Source: Octopus vulgaris
Lineage: Eukaryota
Assembly (NCBI GenBank): GCA_951406725.2
Contig: OX597821.1
Coordinates: 117,242,001 to 117,306,000 of the forward strand
Direction of reading: 5' to 3'
Length of the DNA stretch: 64,000 nucleotides
Below are positions 40,189 through 54,889 of the stretch, piece by piece (positions within the stretch are counted from its first letter, which is position 1; each line of letters begins with the position of its first letter). A program made the translations under genes and the position numbers. The notes beneath the pieces are model-generated. The model saw only the letters and a program-made list of their open reading frames with translations, made no database searches and was not told where the DNA came from.

Positions 40189-41742
40189 TTATGTGTGTGT
40201 ATATATATATATTTATGTGTGTGTATATATATATGTGTGTGTGTGTGTGTGTATATATATAATATTTATGTTCTAATATTCAAATAAAGCGACGTGTAAC
40301 AGCACTAATATTGTATATGCACAGCTTATAAATAGACCTTCCCCCCCTCCACCATATATCTGGTAGATAGGTTAAGTATTCCAGCCATGTTCATACTTTC
40401 ACTCACAATACACACACACACACACACACACACACGCTCTCTCAGTAACACTGATGTTTCGTTTCTATAGATACACAGTGAAGTGATTATTAATAAATGC
40501 AAGGTTGAATTTAGCAATTTTTTCAGCTTTTTTCTTCACTTCCACTCAACATCATACAATACGCCGTACATGCATGCGTGTGCATATGTGTGCACATGTG
40601 CACGCATGCATGCTTGTGTGTATGCACTTAACACTCCAAGACTGATGCTTAGGCAATGGCAGAATGGAAGTTAAAGGTTCCATACTCCATCCATCCACCC
40701 CTCAGCCACACTTGCTGCCCCCTGGGTACGAAATCTGAGGAAATTTTTTAGATTGGAAAATGGGAATTTTCTAAGAGCCAACCCTTTATTAAAGCCCCTG
40801 AATGTAAGTAATATGGAAGGGACCCTATTATATACAGATATATATCTACCTGCATTTATATATATATATACATATATATATTTACATGTATCTATATATA
40901 CATGCCTATATACACATACACACACACAAATATATACATATATATACACTTAACTATACATGTATACATACAAATACATATATTTACACATCTACACGCA
41001 CACACACACATATATACACATACATAACTCTTTACATATACGTATTTACACATAACAGATATACACATATCATTCACCATCATCATCATCATCATTTAAC
41101 ATCTGTTATCCATGGACATTTATGTATGAATATATATATATATGTGTGTGTACATATGTGTGTATGTATGTGCATATATATATATATATATATATAGGCA
41201 CACACAAACTAACATGCATATATATACACATGCACATATACACACATGCATGTACATAGATATCTACACATACATCAACACACACACACACACATCTTCA
41301 TTGTCATCACCATCATAGTTTTAACGTCCATTCTTCCATGGTTGCATAGTTCGGATGAATTCCATCTAAGCACGATTGCTACAGCTGGATGCCCTTCCTG
41401 TCACCAACCTTCAATCATTTCCCGGAAAATTAACATTTGCCCATGTTCAGACACGTTTTCACAGAATATTGGAAGTATTGTTTGACAGCGACCTTCATTT
41501 ACAATTATAATGCTGTGTCAAGAAAACACACACACACACATAACAGGCCACTTTCAGCTTCTGCCTCCCAAACCCACTCACAGGGCTTTGGTTGGCCCAG
41601 GGACACAGCAGAAGACATTCGCCAATGGTGTCAGGCAGTGGGGCTGAACCCAGAATTATGGTTGGAAAGCTAACTTCTTAATCACAAAGCCATGCCTGCA
41701 TCTGTGTGTGTGTGTGTGCGAGTGTGCATCTATCTATCTACT

Positions 41743-41846
<104 letters not shown>

Positions 41847-41998
41847 CCCTATTAGTATATATTTTCATTTACGTACAGCATTTAAATACAGCATTAGAGC
41901 ATTTTAGCTCTTATTTCTAGCAATGTAGGTGTTTCTTAACCGAGTCACATTTAGTGACAATCATTTTTGATGAAATATTGCAACCTGCTGTTTATTTC

Positions 41999-42035
<37 letters not shown>

Positions 42036-44315
42036 TATATATATATATATATATACATACACACACACACGTATCCAAGTCCATACACACAGACACACAC
42101 CCGTACACAGGGAGTGGGAGGAGAGACTAGAACAGAATGTAAATATAAACAAAGGTGGACGTAGCTGAAGAATAGACAGATACAAAGAGACGGGCAATGG
42201 TTGTAGTCGTAGCAGTAGTGGTAAGGAGACAGTGTAAATGTGTGAGAGAGAGAGAGAGAGATAGTATATGGAAATCTCTTCAAAGGACCTCCTCCTCTCC
42301 TTACAAAATGTAGCAGCAGCAGCAGTACTTTTAGCAGCATGCATGGCGAACTAACCCCACTTCCTAACTTTCCACTTTCATAAGCGTTAGTGCTACCTCT
42401 CTCCTCTGTTCTTTGACACTTACCACAACTATACAGAATCTGGAAGAAGAAGAAGAAAAAACACAACAACAACAATAATAATAATAATAATACTAATAAT
42501 TCCGTCCACGATGCCCTCCTTCAAGTCAACCTTTACCTCTTAACCAAACAACTCATTCATCCAATTTTTATTCCATTATGACTCGCCTTTGCAAATGTGT
42601 TAGTCTACTCTGCGTCTATATGTAGAGTCAGACAGACCGGCAGACTCCAAATACACACACACACACACATACACATACACACATACATACACACACACAC
42701 GTCTGTTCGTCTGTCTGCCTGGTGTTTCCTCACAGCCACAACCCCATCTTCATCGCCACCAACAACCCGACCACCACCATTTACTACTACTACTACTACT
42801 ACTACTACCACTACTACTGCTGCTGCTGCCGCCGCCACAAATATCGCCAACACCACCACCACCACTGCCACCGCCACCCACACCATCACCAAAACGAAAT
42901 CGTAACCAACATCTTGTTCCACCATCAACTACCGTCCACACATCATCACAATCACAGCTCGTACTACAACACCAACCACACAATAGACAGACAGACTAAG
43001 TACCATCGTCACTTAGCCCAGCATCGTCAATCATCGACAGATTGACAGTACCACAACTACCACCACCGCCACCGCCACCACCACCACCACCACCACCACC
43101 ATCATCACAACTACACGTACCGCTTCTACCACCGCCGCCAACAATCCCCAACCCGTATCACCTCTACCACCAGCACCCCCACCGCCGCCGCCCGCCGCCA
43201 CCACAATCTTTATCAACACCGCTGCCAGTAACACTATTAACACCACCACCACCACCACCTACTACAACTCGTACCATTTCTACCAGACAGCACTACAACC
43301 AACTCTACTGATAACCGCCGTCGCTGCCACCACAACCGCCGCAATTTCTACCAGCACTGCCGTCACCAATCATCATCACCAACGAAGTCACCTGCACCAT
43401 TACCACCACCGCCGCCGCCGCCACCACCACCATCGTCGCCGCCATCGCCAACGTGTTTTTACACAACACAGCGCACAGTTCAGTCTGGCTCTCTCTCTGC
43501 ATCAGACGAGGCAGTCAAACATAGAAATATGGTTGGAGCAATGGCTTGGTGCTATCTATTTCAGAACCCAAACTCTTTTAGTTCTACAACGAATGGGTGA
43601 TAGAAGTGAGGCGGAGGGGGGTGGGGTGGAATGACTTGGACTCGGAGCAAAAGGAGGAGGAGTAGAGAAGGGTGGGTGGGTGGAGTTAGAAAAATATAAG
43701 GGAGGGGGAGGAAAGAACTGGTTGGATATAGTAGTGACGACGATGGTGGTGATGATGATGATGATGGCGGCAGGGGTTTGTTGCTTGCTAAGGTTGGCGT
43801 TATGGAAGAGAGTGAGAGAGTGATAGAGAAAATATGGAGACAGAGAAATAAATGTAGGAGGTTGAAGAGGAAATGAAGAAATTGGATACCACACTTTCTA
43901 GACTGCCGTTTGTACAGTTTCTGCAAATCTCTTTCCCCTCTCCCTGTGTCTCACTCCCAACCCTACCCCCCACCGTCATTCTATAATTCCACTTTTACCC
44001 CCTTCAACATTTCTCTGGTAAGACAAAAAAAAAAGTTTAGATGAAAGATAAAAAGGAACAAAACAATAACCATCATCATCATCATCATCAACAACAACAA
44101 CAAAGCTAACAACGAAATGCTCTAAATGTATAAACTTGCACAAATCGTTGGTCTTTCTGTAAGATGTGAAATATTTATAAAATATAGAAATCTTAATTCC
44201 ATTATCGAGAGACATTCGAAAAGATACAACAGAGAAAAAGATGAAGAGATAAATAGATAGACAGAAATAGACTCACAGAGGAGTATAAGCATAAAGATAG
44301 ATAGATATAGATAGA

Positions 44316-44383
<68 letters not shown>

Positions 44384-45076
44384 TAGATAGATAATATAAC
44401 AGCTAGATAAATAAGTAGATAGATAGATAGACAAATAAATATATAGATAGATAGACAGAAATAAACACAGAGGAGTATAAGTATAAAGATCGACAGACAA
44501 ACAGATAGATAGAAAAAGAGAGATATCGAGATAGATAGATATAAATAGAAAGAGAGATATATCGAGAAAGGTAGATTGATAGATAGATTTAGATAAATAC
44601 ATAGAGACAGACAGATACAAAGAGAAAGAGAGAGAGAGATGCACAGAAAGAGAAAGAGACAGACAGATAGACATATATACATAGGGAGAGAGAGAGAGAG
44701 AACGAAGGAAATACAGGAACACACACATATATGCAGAAAAAAAAAAACACAAGAGTTCCCTAACATATACAATCGTGTACGTAGGTTTAGCAATTTGAGT
44801 TTCAAGTATACAACTACACGACGTACACGCACGCACACACACAAACACAGACACACACACACACGCACACAAACACAGACACGCACACACACGGATATAT
44901 ATTAATGGAGGTGGGAGGAGCAGAGACGATGTTTTTCAGGAGGCAGATTAAGTTAAGAGCTGAAACTACATTAAACAAGAATAAATAGCCAGAAAGAAAA
45001 AAAAGAGTTTTACTGTCAGTCGTTATGTATTTACCCCTGCCATTACGTTCATGTCGAGCGGGGGAAACTAAGATTA

Positions 45077-45111
<35 letters not shown>

Positions 45112-46477
45112 TCTGATTAAATATATTTATGAAGCTACATTAATTAAAGTGTAATTCGCAATCAGTCGGAGGAGAAATAAGAACGTTCTCCGTTCAGATT
45201 GTTCTTCTCATTATTGCTGCTGTTGACTATTCAATACATTACAATGTTTAGGTCTTTACAGTACAAGGCACTATCGGGCACACACACACACACACGTACA
45301 CACACACACACACATACGCACACACGCATACATACACACATACATATATACAGACACACACATACGTACACACATACAGTTATACACACATACGTACACA
45401 CATACACAGGCACACATACACACTCACATACATGAACAGACGCGCGCGCGCACACACACGCACGCACACGCATACATACACGCACATACACACACACATA
45501 TATACAGACACACATACACGCATACATATATACAGACACACACATACGTACACACATTCACACGCATACATACACACACACATATACACACAGACAGACA
45601 CACAGACACACACACACATACATGCACACGCACACACACACACAATTGTATCCAGCAGAAAGGTACAAAGCCTGCAATTTGGAAGAAGCGTGTGAGTGAA
45701 TTAAATCGACCCCTCTCCAATATCTGACTGGTGTTTTGTTTTATTGACCCTGTAGGGATGACAGAAAAGTCGACAAATTTTGACACAAGGCCAGCAATTT
45801 TGGGGTGGGGATAAATCAATTACATTCAAATTTTACAGACCCTGGCGACGTTTGAACTCAGAATGTAAAGTCGAAAGAAATGCTGCTAAGCATTTTTCCC
45901 AACACGGTAATGTCTCTGCCAGTTCACCGCCTAAATAATAATAATAATAATAATAATGATAATAATAATAATAATAATGATCATCATCATCATCGTTTAA
46001 CGTCCGTTCTCCATGCTAGCCTGGGTTGGATAGTTTGACCGGGGATCAGGGAAGCCAGAAGGCTGCACCAGGCCCAGTCTGATCTGGCAGTGTTTCTACA
46101 GCTGGATGCCCTTCCTAACGCTAACAACTCCGTGAGTGTAGTGAGTGCTTTTTACGTGCCACCTGCACAGGTGCCAGGCGAGGCTGGCAACGGCCACGAT
46201 CGGATTGGTGCATTTTATGTGCCACCGGCACGGAAGCCAGTCAAGGCGGCGCTAATGATAATAATAATAATAATCCTTTCTATTATAGGCACAAGGCCTG
46301 AAATTTGGGGTAAGGGGTAGTTGATTACATCAACTGCAGTACTCAACTGGTACTTGATTTATCAACCCCAAAAGGATGAAAGGCAAAGTCAACCTCGGCG
46401 GAATTTGAACTCAGAGCAAGCGACAGATGAAATACCGTAAAGCATTTCGCCCAGTGTGCTAACGAAATGATAATAAT

Positions 46478-46792
46478 AACAAGAGCACTCAGAGAGCATA
46501 AACCTCTGCCAAGGCAACACCAACATCCTCTCAACGTTTAGCCGGAGATGATTTTTAAAATGAGAACATCTCGTAATACTTCATGTAAAGTAAATATAAC
46601 AAATAACCCAGAATCCTTGTCCGGTACCGGATCGATCCCAAAATCTAATCAGTTTGTGCCAGTCACGAGGCCAAACATCCCTGAAAGTTTCATCTGAATC
46701 CATCCAGTGGTTCTTGAGATGTCTTGTCCATGGACCAACAAACAAACAAACAACTGAAAACAATATCTCTGCCTTTGCTAAAGTGAAGGTAA
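46478..46792 (-). mobile_element. HINE/DINE-1-like element, second copy
   Basis: Reverse complement of the 7643-7930 element. Confidence 0.65.
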
Positions 46793-47762
46793 TAATAATA
46801 ATAATTTCAAATTTTTGCACAGGGCAGGCAATATTGGGGAAGGGCCAAGTTGATTACATCGATCCCAGTGTTCAACTGGTACTTGTTTTATCGACTCTGT
46901 AAGGATGAAAGGCAAAGAATGAGACTAAAAGGCAGGAATGTCATGCCAGGAATGCCTTTCAGCAAAAGTCTGCTCAGTGAGAGCTGGGCCAAGGTTAAGC
47001 CACAAGTTCCAATTATAATGGTCCCTAATACTTCTCAAGATGCTAGCTTTTCATACCCCTACCTAAACCAGCTGATGAATTAACTCCTTCAACTATCACT
47101 CCTACCATCCTGACCCCTGAACCCTTTTCTGAAAACTTAACCCCGTCATTTCTTTGGTTTATCTTGGGAGGGCCATTCTGAAGATAATAGACACATGTAC
47201 TGGTTGTATTTCACTTCTTTCTCATTTATTTGTCAATTTTTTTCAACCCATAATTTTTCATTTATATAATAACATATTTTTACAGTAAAAAAACAGAAAA
47301 AAGAAAAAGAGCATTAAAAGCATAAAAGATCAAATTTTTAAGAAAAAGGCCCCTCAGAACTACCTCACCAAGGAAACCAAAAAAAAGGTGGTGGTGGTGG
47401 TGAAATTAAGCAGTTGATGATGGTGGGGTAGTAACAGGTTGTATACCCCAGACAAAATGGTGTGTTTAGCTATGAATGTAACAATATAAATATAGAACTT
47501 GCAAACCAAGTGACAGACAGACAGACATGCTTGAAGCAGACCTGGAGTAGAGAGGGTATGTCATTGATTGATTGATTGACTAAAATAACAGTTGATTAGC
47601 TAATTGGTTAATGATTAACCAATTAACAAATAAAAATTAAAGAAGTGAAACAGAACCAGTGCATGTGTTATTGACATAATGACCCTCCCAAGATACAACA
47701 AAATATATTTCAACATGAGTTCACATCAAGAATCTTGCAAACCAAATGCAAAAACTAATTAA

Positions 47763-47982
47763 CCCTTTCGTTACTGCATTTATTTTGAGATGCTCTGTGT
47801 TTCTTTCAATTACTTTAAATATAACAAAGAATTTAGTAAAATAACTTTGTTATCATTAAGCTAGTGTTAGGAACATAAATTGTGACTAAGGTTTGGTGGA
47901 AGATTTTAATTCAAAACTTATGAAAACAAGACATTTGTACTCAGAGCCAGAGCCAGTTTCAGCAGGGTTGGTAACGAAAGGG
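47763..47982. mobile_element. piggyBac-type MITE
   Basis: TTAA target-site duplication (TSD); terminal inverted repeats (TIRs) CCCTTTCGTTAC / GTAACGAAAGGG. Confidence 0.85.
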
Positions 47983-48321
47983 TTAACCCCATCATTCTTC
48001 TCCAAATGCAGCTGTCTCCACAGTGGTTCCTTAACCACAGCTCCCTTGTTACTAATTCAGTGACTCCAAAACAGTGTACTGTAGTTTGCTTGAAGCATTG
48101 TAGTACAGGAGTAGACTAATGAATGAGATGAGAAATGAGGAAAGCTTCTAGCAATGCACAAAGTTTAAATAACCTTTATATTTCGGGCACAAAGGCCCAT
48201 CTTTAGAAGTTCTAAATAAACATTTCACAATTCAAACTAAGACTTTTTCTTTCACTTGTTTCACTTAATGGACTGTTACCATGCTGGAGCACTGCCCTGA
48301 AGAGTTTAGTTGAACAAATTA

Positions 48322-48582
48322 CTTTTTTAAGGCCTGGTACTTATTCTATTAGTCTCTTTTGCAGAAGCTCTAAGTTACAGGAATGTAAACAAACCAGCAC
48401 TGGTTGTCCGGTGATGGATGCTTCCACAGTTTTTGTCGACCAAATTAAGTAGCATTTTTTAAGGCCTGGTACTTATTCTATTAGTCTCTTTTGCAGAACT
48501 GCTAAGTTACAGGAATGTAAACAAACCAACACTGGTTGTCCGGTGATGGATGCTTCCACAGTTTTTGTCGACCAAATTAAGT
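48322..48582. repeat. Recent direct tandem duplication (~130 bp) within a SINE
   Basis: TTTTTAAGGCCTGGTACTTATTCTATTAGTC...GTCGACCAAATTAAGT occurs twice, nearly identical. Confidence 0.85.
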
Positions 48583-49616
48583 CCTGCAGTGTTGCACAGT
48601 GGGACTAAACATAAAACCATGTGGTGTGTGAAACCAGCTCCATAAGCACACAGCTATATCTGCATCTGTGTTAGCTAAGAGAATGAAACATTAGAATCTG
48701 AGCGACAGCATGAAGATGATGTATTAACATATAAATTACACCTCTGACGAAATGCACCGATTCCCTCTTAACAAGAATTCTAAGCGACAAGAGAGATCAA
48801 ACCATTTCACACACACACACACACACACAATATCAAGACATTGCATAATCTATTGTTACTAGTAGAAGTTTCTTCTTCTGTGGATGCAGACCCTGTCATC
48901 TTAAACAATCATTACACTTCAAGTGTATTTCTAAAGATTACAACAACTGAAATTATTCCTCACATGGTGAGAACAGAAAGAGATAATCTCTTAGTTGTTG
49001 TTGTGATGGTGGTGATTGTGACAGAAGCAGGGTGGTAATGGTTGTGTGTACCAGCAGTGAAAGGTGGTATGTTAAGTACTGACAGCCGACAGTTGCAGCA
49101 TTATCAGCGATGTTGAATAATAATAAAAATAAAAATAATAATAATAATAATAAACAGCAGGAGCTGGTGGAATTGGTGGTAGGGTGATAAGAGCCAGAAT
49201 GGAATGGTAGCATGGTGTTGGCAGGGGAAGACAATCGATCAGGCGAGAGTAAGAATGAGATTTGGAGACAAATCTGACATTGTCATTGTCTCATTGAGTG
49301 TTAGTTTGGTCAATGAGAGGTTTATGGCTGATTAATATGACCATTTCCTTGAAGCTGTAGTCATATTGAAACACTCCATTGACAGCATCACCTCCTCGAC
49401 CCACCCAGAAACCCGGAAATTCTATCTAGTAACATCTGATTCTGCAAACAGACCTTTCAATCATTACATAACTACAAGAATCCTTTGCTTTACGGAAGCG
49501 ATGTGTTCCTGAAAATCTGGCCGTAATGCAAAATTCTGTAATGTGAAATTAATTTTCCAATTGATTTTCATGCGTGTATGATAGTTTTTGAAATCGTTAA
49601 CTATATATATTATATA

Positions 49617-49917
49617 CTAGCAGTATCGCCCGGCGTTGCTCAGGTTTGTTTCGACCCACCGAAAAATGGCGACACAGGAGTAAAAAAAATCGTAAAAAAT
49701 AGGGATTTTCATGGAAAAAAGCACCTTTATGATGTAAATAATTTTTGGTGTTAACATGGTCTGATTTGAATTTTTTCTTCTACGGAAGGAAGAGCAAGCC
49801 TTCTTCTATCATACTTTCAATTTTGGTCAACTTGAGCCACAGGATCTTGGAGGAGATAGTGTTAGTTGAAGGCTTCCAAACCTGCCATACACAGACAACT
49901 TCAGCTTTATATATAGA
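49617..49917 (-). mobile_element. Non-autonomous Helitron
   Basis: Minus strand: 5' TCTATATATAAAG..., subterminal hairpin CCTGAGCAACGCCGGG, 3' end CTAG followed by T. Confidence 0.75.
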
Positions 49918-51471
49918 GAGATGAAATGCAAGTGGCCACTGATCTAAAAAGAAAGTGTAGGTTTAAATTGTCAACAATTTAAAACTACACAACACGAGTT
50001 CCTGTACAAGTGAAATTACAGACCGTATCCCGAAATTAATTATTATATTTTACAATTTTCGAATGTGTGAAATCCCGTAACCTGAGGGATGCTTGTATTA
50101 ACGAACAATGGGAATTTATCAATTTCTGCATTTGTAAACCAACACCTTGGATTTCTTCTCCGTTTTATTAAAAATAACATTAGAAGCTCAAAAAGAACCC
50201 AGCAGGAAAAGATTTGTTGTACTTAAAACAGTTTTTTTAAAAATTTTTATTATTTTTTAAAAATAGGGATTTTCTTTTCTCTATAAATTCTTCCCAAATA
50301 CTGGATGTTTAGGCATTTTTAACTTTCTGTTTGTATTCTTTAAAAATAACTGTTGTTGTGCAAGTGTGAGTGTTGGTGTGTGCTGGGGAGGGAAAGGGTT
50401 AGCTTGTTTCTGGAAATTACTGCTTTTAATCTCCCTTCCGATCTTCGCTACACAATGCACGATCATAATTTATTCTTCCATAATCTCTTTTGACAGCTCA
50501 CCTGAGTAAATTGCTCAGGAGAACACCCAACCATTGAGAGGGAGAGAGAGAGAGAAAAGAGAAAGGGTAGAACCCAAAAAGCAGGGAGTTGAACAAAAAG
50601 TGTATCCATTTTTTACTTGGTACCTATTGTTGTTTCTTCCTATTCCATCCCATCATCCATGCTTCTCTCTCTCTCATTTCTTCTACACCTCTTCCCATCA
50701 CTCTTTCCCCCATCCCTTCAATCATCACCTCTGCCTTTTCCCCCTTACCTCCACTACAAATCTTTATATTTAAACCTACACTTGCCTCTTCCCATTCACT
50801 CCCACTGCTCCTACACTTGCCTCTTCCTCCTACTCCCTCAATACAAGCCCTTGTCTTTTATTCTTTCACCCAGAGAGTGAACCTCTACATGGCTGCTCAC
50901 CCAGCCACAAATAGCAACCAAATCTCCCTCAAATCACACAGCACTAGCTTAAAACTAGGAAAGGACATTAGAAAATGCAACGATAAACATCCCGGCCATT
51001 CGGCTGGAATGCTTTTGATCACAAGTTTGCTCAATCAAGTTTTGACCTTGGACTAAAAACCAACTCTATCCCCGACGCACCACCACCATCACCAGCTCAG
51101 CCTATTTCGCTTTGCACGCGTTACCTTCCGCAGGTTGAACCATGTAAGAAATTAGAGAAAGAAACCAAGCTGTTTCTTGCAATGAATACATTTAAAGCAA
51201 AAAATTTTCATTGGGTCCCTTGACCCTTTAGCAGTCACATTATTCTTTCAAATGTAATGCTTATATACTCTTTTACTTGTTTCAGTCATTTGACTGTGGC
51301 CATGCTGGAGCACCGCCTTTTAGTCGAGCAAATTGACCCCAAGACTTATTCTTTGTAAGCCTGGTACTTATTCTATCGGTCTCTTTTGCCGAACCACTAA
51401 GTTACGGGGATGCTAACACACCAGCATCGATTGTCAAGTAGGGGGACAAACACAGACACACAAACATATAT

Positions 51472-51514
<43 letters not shown>

Positions 51515-52590
51515 TACGATGGGCTTCTTTCAGTTTCCATCTACCAAAACCACTTGCAAGGCTTTGGTTGGCCCGAGACTAGTAGGAGGCACTTGCTCAA
51601 GGTGCCATGCAGTGGGACTGAACCCAGAACCATGTCGTTTGTAAGCAAGCTAGTTACCACACAGCCACTCCTACGCCTATAGTCATATTGTTTTGAATTA
51701 ATCATGCATTGTCTCGTAGCTTCAAGATTTTGAAGATGTGATTGTTTATTTATAAAATGACATTGTAGGGTAGGTGTGACAGGTAGGATCTGGTTGGTTT
51801 CAAAATAAAACAAGTGGACTATTTTGGCTGGATATGGCTTTAATAAAGTACTGTGGCTCACCAATTTACTATTTCGTATGCGTGGACCCCCCAAAATCTT
51901 GTATAGACCCTAGTTGGGAGCTACTGCCTATAGATCTGACCTGCAAGAAAAAGCAGCCAAATCACTCTTAGTTGTCCTTTTTATTTTTTTTACTGGTTTC
52001 AGTGATTTGCCTGTGGCCATTTTACAGCACCATTCCCTAGGGTTTATAATGAACTACATTAAACAGAATGTTTTAATTAAATTCAGAGGGCTGAAAGGTA
52101 AAGTGGATGTGGGTAGTATTTAAAACCAGAATATAAACAAATGCCACCAGACATTTTGTTTGACGCACTACTAATTCTACCATTAATTTACCATGAAACT
52201 AATACATTATGTATTACCTGCCTCAACACCCAAACACACATAAACAATTAAACTGTAACTTTTCTTTTTTTGGTAAATTTAATTTGAAAACTAATCAAGC
52301 ACTGAATGGGGAATGCATATTTGTCATAAATAGCATGTGTGTGTGTGTATATATATATAACAGTTTTAAAAGAATTACACACAGACATATATATACATAG
52401 ATCCACAAACATATTCACACACACACACACCTACACACAAAGGTTTGGATGCCAGTCTAAACTGCAAAGAAGTGTGTCAGAATATATACACGATTGATAT
52501 CACAGTAAAGTTTGTGGAGAATGAGTGTGGTACTTTTGCCATCACTGGCATTGAGAGAAAGGCATAGAAATGTTAGTGCACCAGGGAGAC

Positions 52591-52675
<85 letters not shown>

Positions 52676-52744
52676 CTTATCATTTGAGGATGATAGACAT
52701 AAACACTTTCCCTCTCCTCACATGAAAAGCAATATGCTCACACA

Positions 52745-52975
52745 AAGGCGGCGAGCTGGCAGAAACGTTAGCACACTGGGCAAAATGCGTAGCCGTATTT
52801 CATCTGCCGTTATGTTCTGAGTTCAAATTCCGCCGAGGTCCACTTTGCCTTTCATCCTTCGGGTCGATAAATTAAGTACCAGTTACGTACTGGGGTCGAT
52901 ATAATCGACTTAATCCGTTTGTCTGTCCTTGTTTGTCCCCTCTGTGTTTAGCCCCTTGTGGGTAGTAAAGAAATA
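52745..52975 (+). mobile_element. Nin/Deu-like SINE with a 14-bp TSD
   Basis: AATATGCTCACACA at 52731-52744 and 52976-52989. Confidence 0.9.
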
Positions 52976-53260
52976 AATATGCTCACACATATAAAGAGAG
53001 AGGGGGAGAGTGAAGGAGAGAGTAAGAAAAACATTAAAATGTCTGATGTCAAGTAAGTCAGCATCGAATCAACACCACCAAAACGTCTCATACACAGTGA
53101 GAGAGAAAAGTGAGACAGGCATTGAATGCATTGGAAGGTGAGAGGTTAAAAGAAAAGTGCTAACGGATCCAAGTGGGAGGACTCTGAAAGAGGACGACTG
53201 AGGAAGATACGGGGAAAAGTGGTGAAGGCTCAACTTGATGCGTAAATTCCCAAATCTCTC

Positions 53261-53651
53261 TCTATACATAAAGCTGAAGTTGTCTGTGTATGGCAGGTTT
53301 GGTAGCCTTCAACAAACACTATCTCCTTCAAGACCCTGCGGTGCAAGTTGACCAAAATTGAGAGTATGATAGAAGAAAGCTTGCCCTTCCTTCCGTAGAA
53401 GAAAAAAAATTCAAATCGGACCATGTTAACACCAAAAATTATTTACATAAAAAAAGTGCTTTTTTTCTATGAAACCCCCTATTTTTTTACGATTTTTTTA
53501 CTGCTTTGTCGCCATTTTTTGGTGTATTTCAACCAGAAAAATGTTCACTTAAAGAGAATAACAAGCTACATAATGCAAAATTTTTACTTTTCAAAAATTC
53601 CAATTCTAAAGGGTCAAAACAAACCCGAGAAATGCTGGGTGATACTGCTAG
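53261..53651 (+). mobile_element. Non-autonomous Helitron (same family, longer copy)
   Basis: TCTATACATAAAGCTGAAGTTGTCTGTG ... CCCGAGAAATGCTGGG TGATACTG CTAG|T. Confidence 0.75.
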
Positions 53652-54535
53652 TGAGATATAAGAAAAAAAAAAAGGATCACAAGGAAGAGATGCAAATACT
53701 GTGTTTGAGAAAACCTGACCAACCCTTGTAATTGGGGGAAAATGAAAATATAAACGTGTGTGCGCACATGTATCTGTATCTACTTATTTCTCATCAATAT
53801 TCGACAGCTAAACTAAATACTACAAGATCAATTGATTAAAAAAAAAAAATAAACAAACCAGTTCAAGAAGTAAAGTATGGAGATTATAAAGGATAGGGGG
53901 GGGGATAGTTTTTTTTTTTTCACTCATTGATTGATTTATTGGTATCTCAGTTTTGTTGTTGTGGTTGGTGGTTGTCACCACCATCATCACCTCACCAGTG
54001 TTTGTAATAGTAAGTGTAGTTTTGTAGTAGTAGCAGTGGTGGTAATTGTAGTGGCAGTAGTGATATTTAAAATATAGCAGCAGCTGCAGTGGTGGTGTTT
54101 GTAATAGCAGCAGCAGCAGTAGTAGTAGTAGTAGTAGCATTGGGAGTGGTATGTTGGTAGAACTGGTAGAGCATCAGACAGAATGATCAGCAGTATTAAG
54201 TTTCACAGTTCTGTTCTGAGACTATATTCTACCAAGGTAGACTTAGCCTTTGATCCTTTCAGGTGTTACTAAATTAGCAATCAGTAATTAGGGATTAATA
54301 TAATTAACAGCACATCCTGCCCCACAACTAATTAAAAAAAAAGGGTAATTTTATTTCGAAGGCATTCCATCCATGACCAACTTGTCTTTTCATATATGTG
54401 GGACTAAAATATCTACTATTTTATTTCTGTCCTAAAACAATAGGGTTTAAGCTGAGGGAGTTTGCTGGCACAGGAACCCCTTCATTGGTTTCTTAGCAGC
54501 AACAGTAGTAGTAGTAGCAGCAGTAGCATCAACAG

Positions 54536-54889
54536 TGGAGGCGCAATGGCCCAGTGGTTAGGGTAGCAGACTCGCGGTCAGAGGATTGCGGTTTCGATTC
54601 CCAGACCGGGTGTTGTGTGTGTTTATTGAGCGAAAACACCTAAAGCTCCATGAGGCTCCGGCAGGGGGTGGTGGCGACCCCCGTTGTACTCTTTCGCTCC
54701 AACTTTCTCTCTTCCTTTCTGTTACTTGTCCCCGACTTCCTACGCAACCGCTGAGCCTGGATTCGCATTCATCCATTCGTCGATGCTCTCAGTGTCGGGG
54801 GTTGACCTGCTTTCTCTTCTACGGGTCTTACGAATAGCAAAGGACCACGTTTCGGACTTCTCCCACTAATGGGACGAAGATCCCTTCGC
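54536..54889 (+). mobile_element. Young CpG-rich tRNA-derived SINE
   Basis: GGCCCAGTGGTTAGG A box and GGTTTCGATTCCC B box; 7-bp TSD TCAACAG at 54529 and 54890. Confidence 0.8.

Noticed and set aside
51134-51143. Plus-strand 10-nt microexon-like pattern cgcag|GTTGAACCAT|gtaag
   Set aside because: No other plus-strand exons were found, and it appears to lie at the start of a MITE-like repeat that continues to ~51910.
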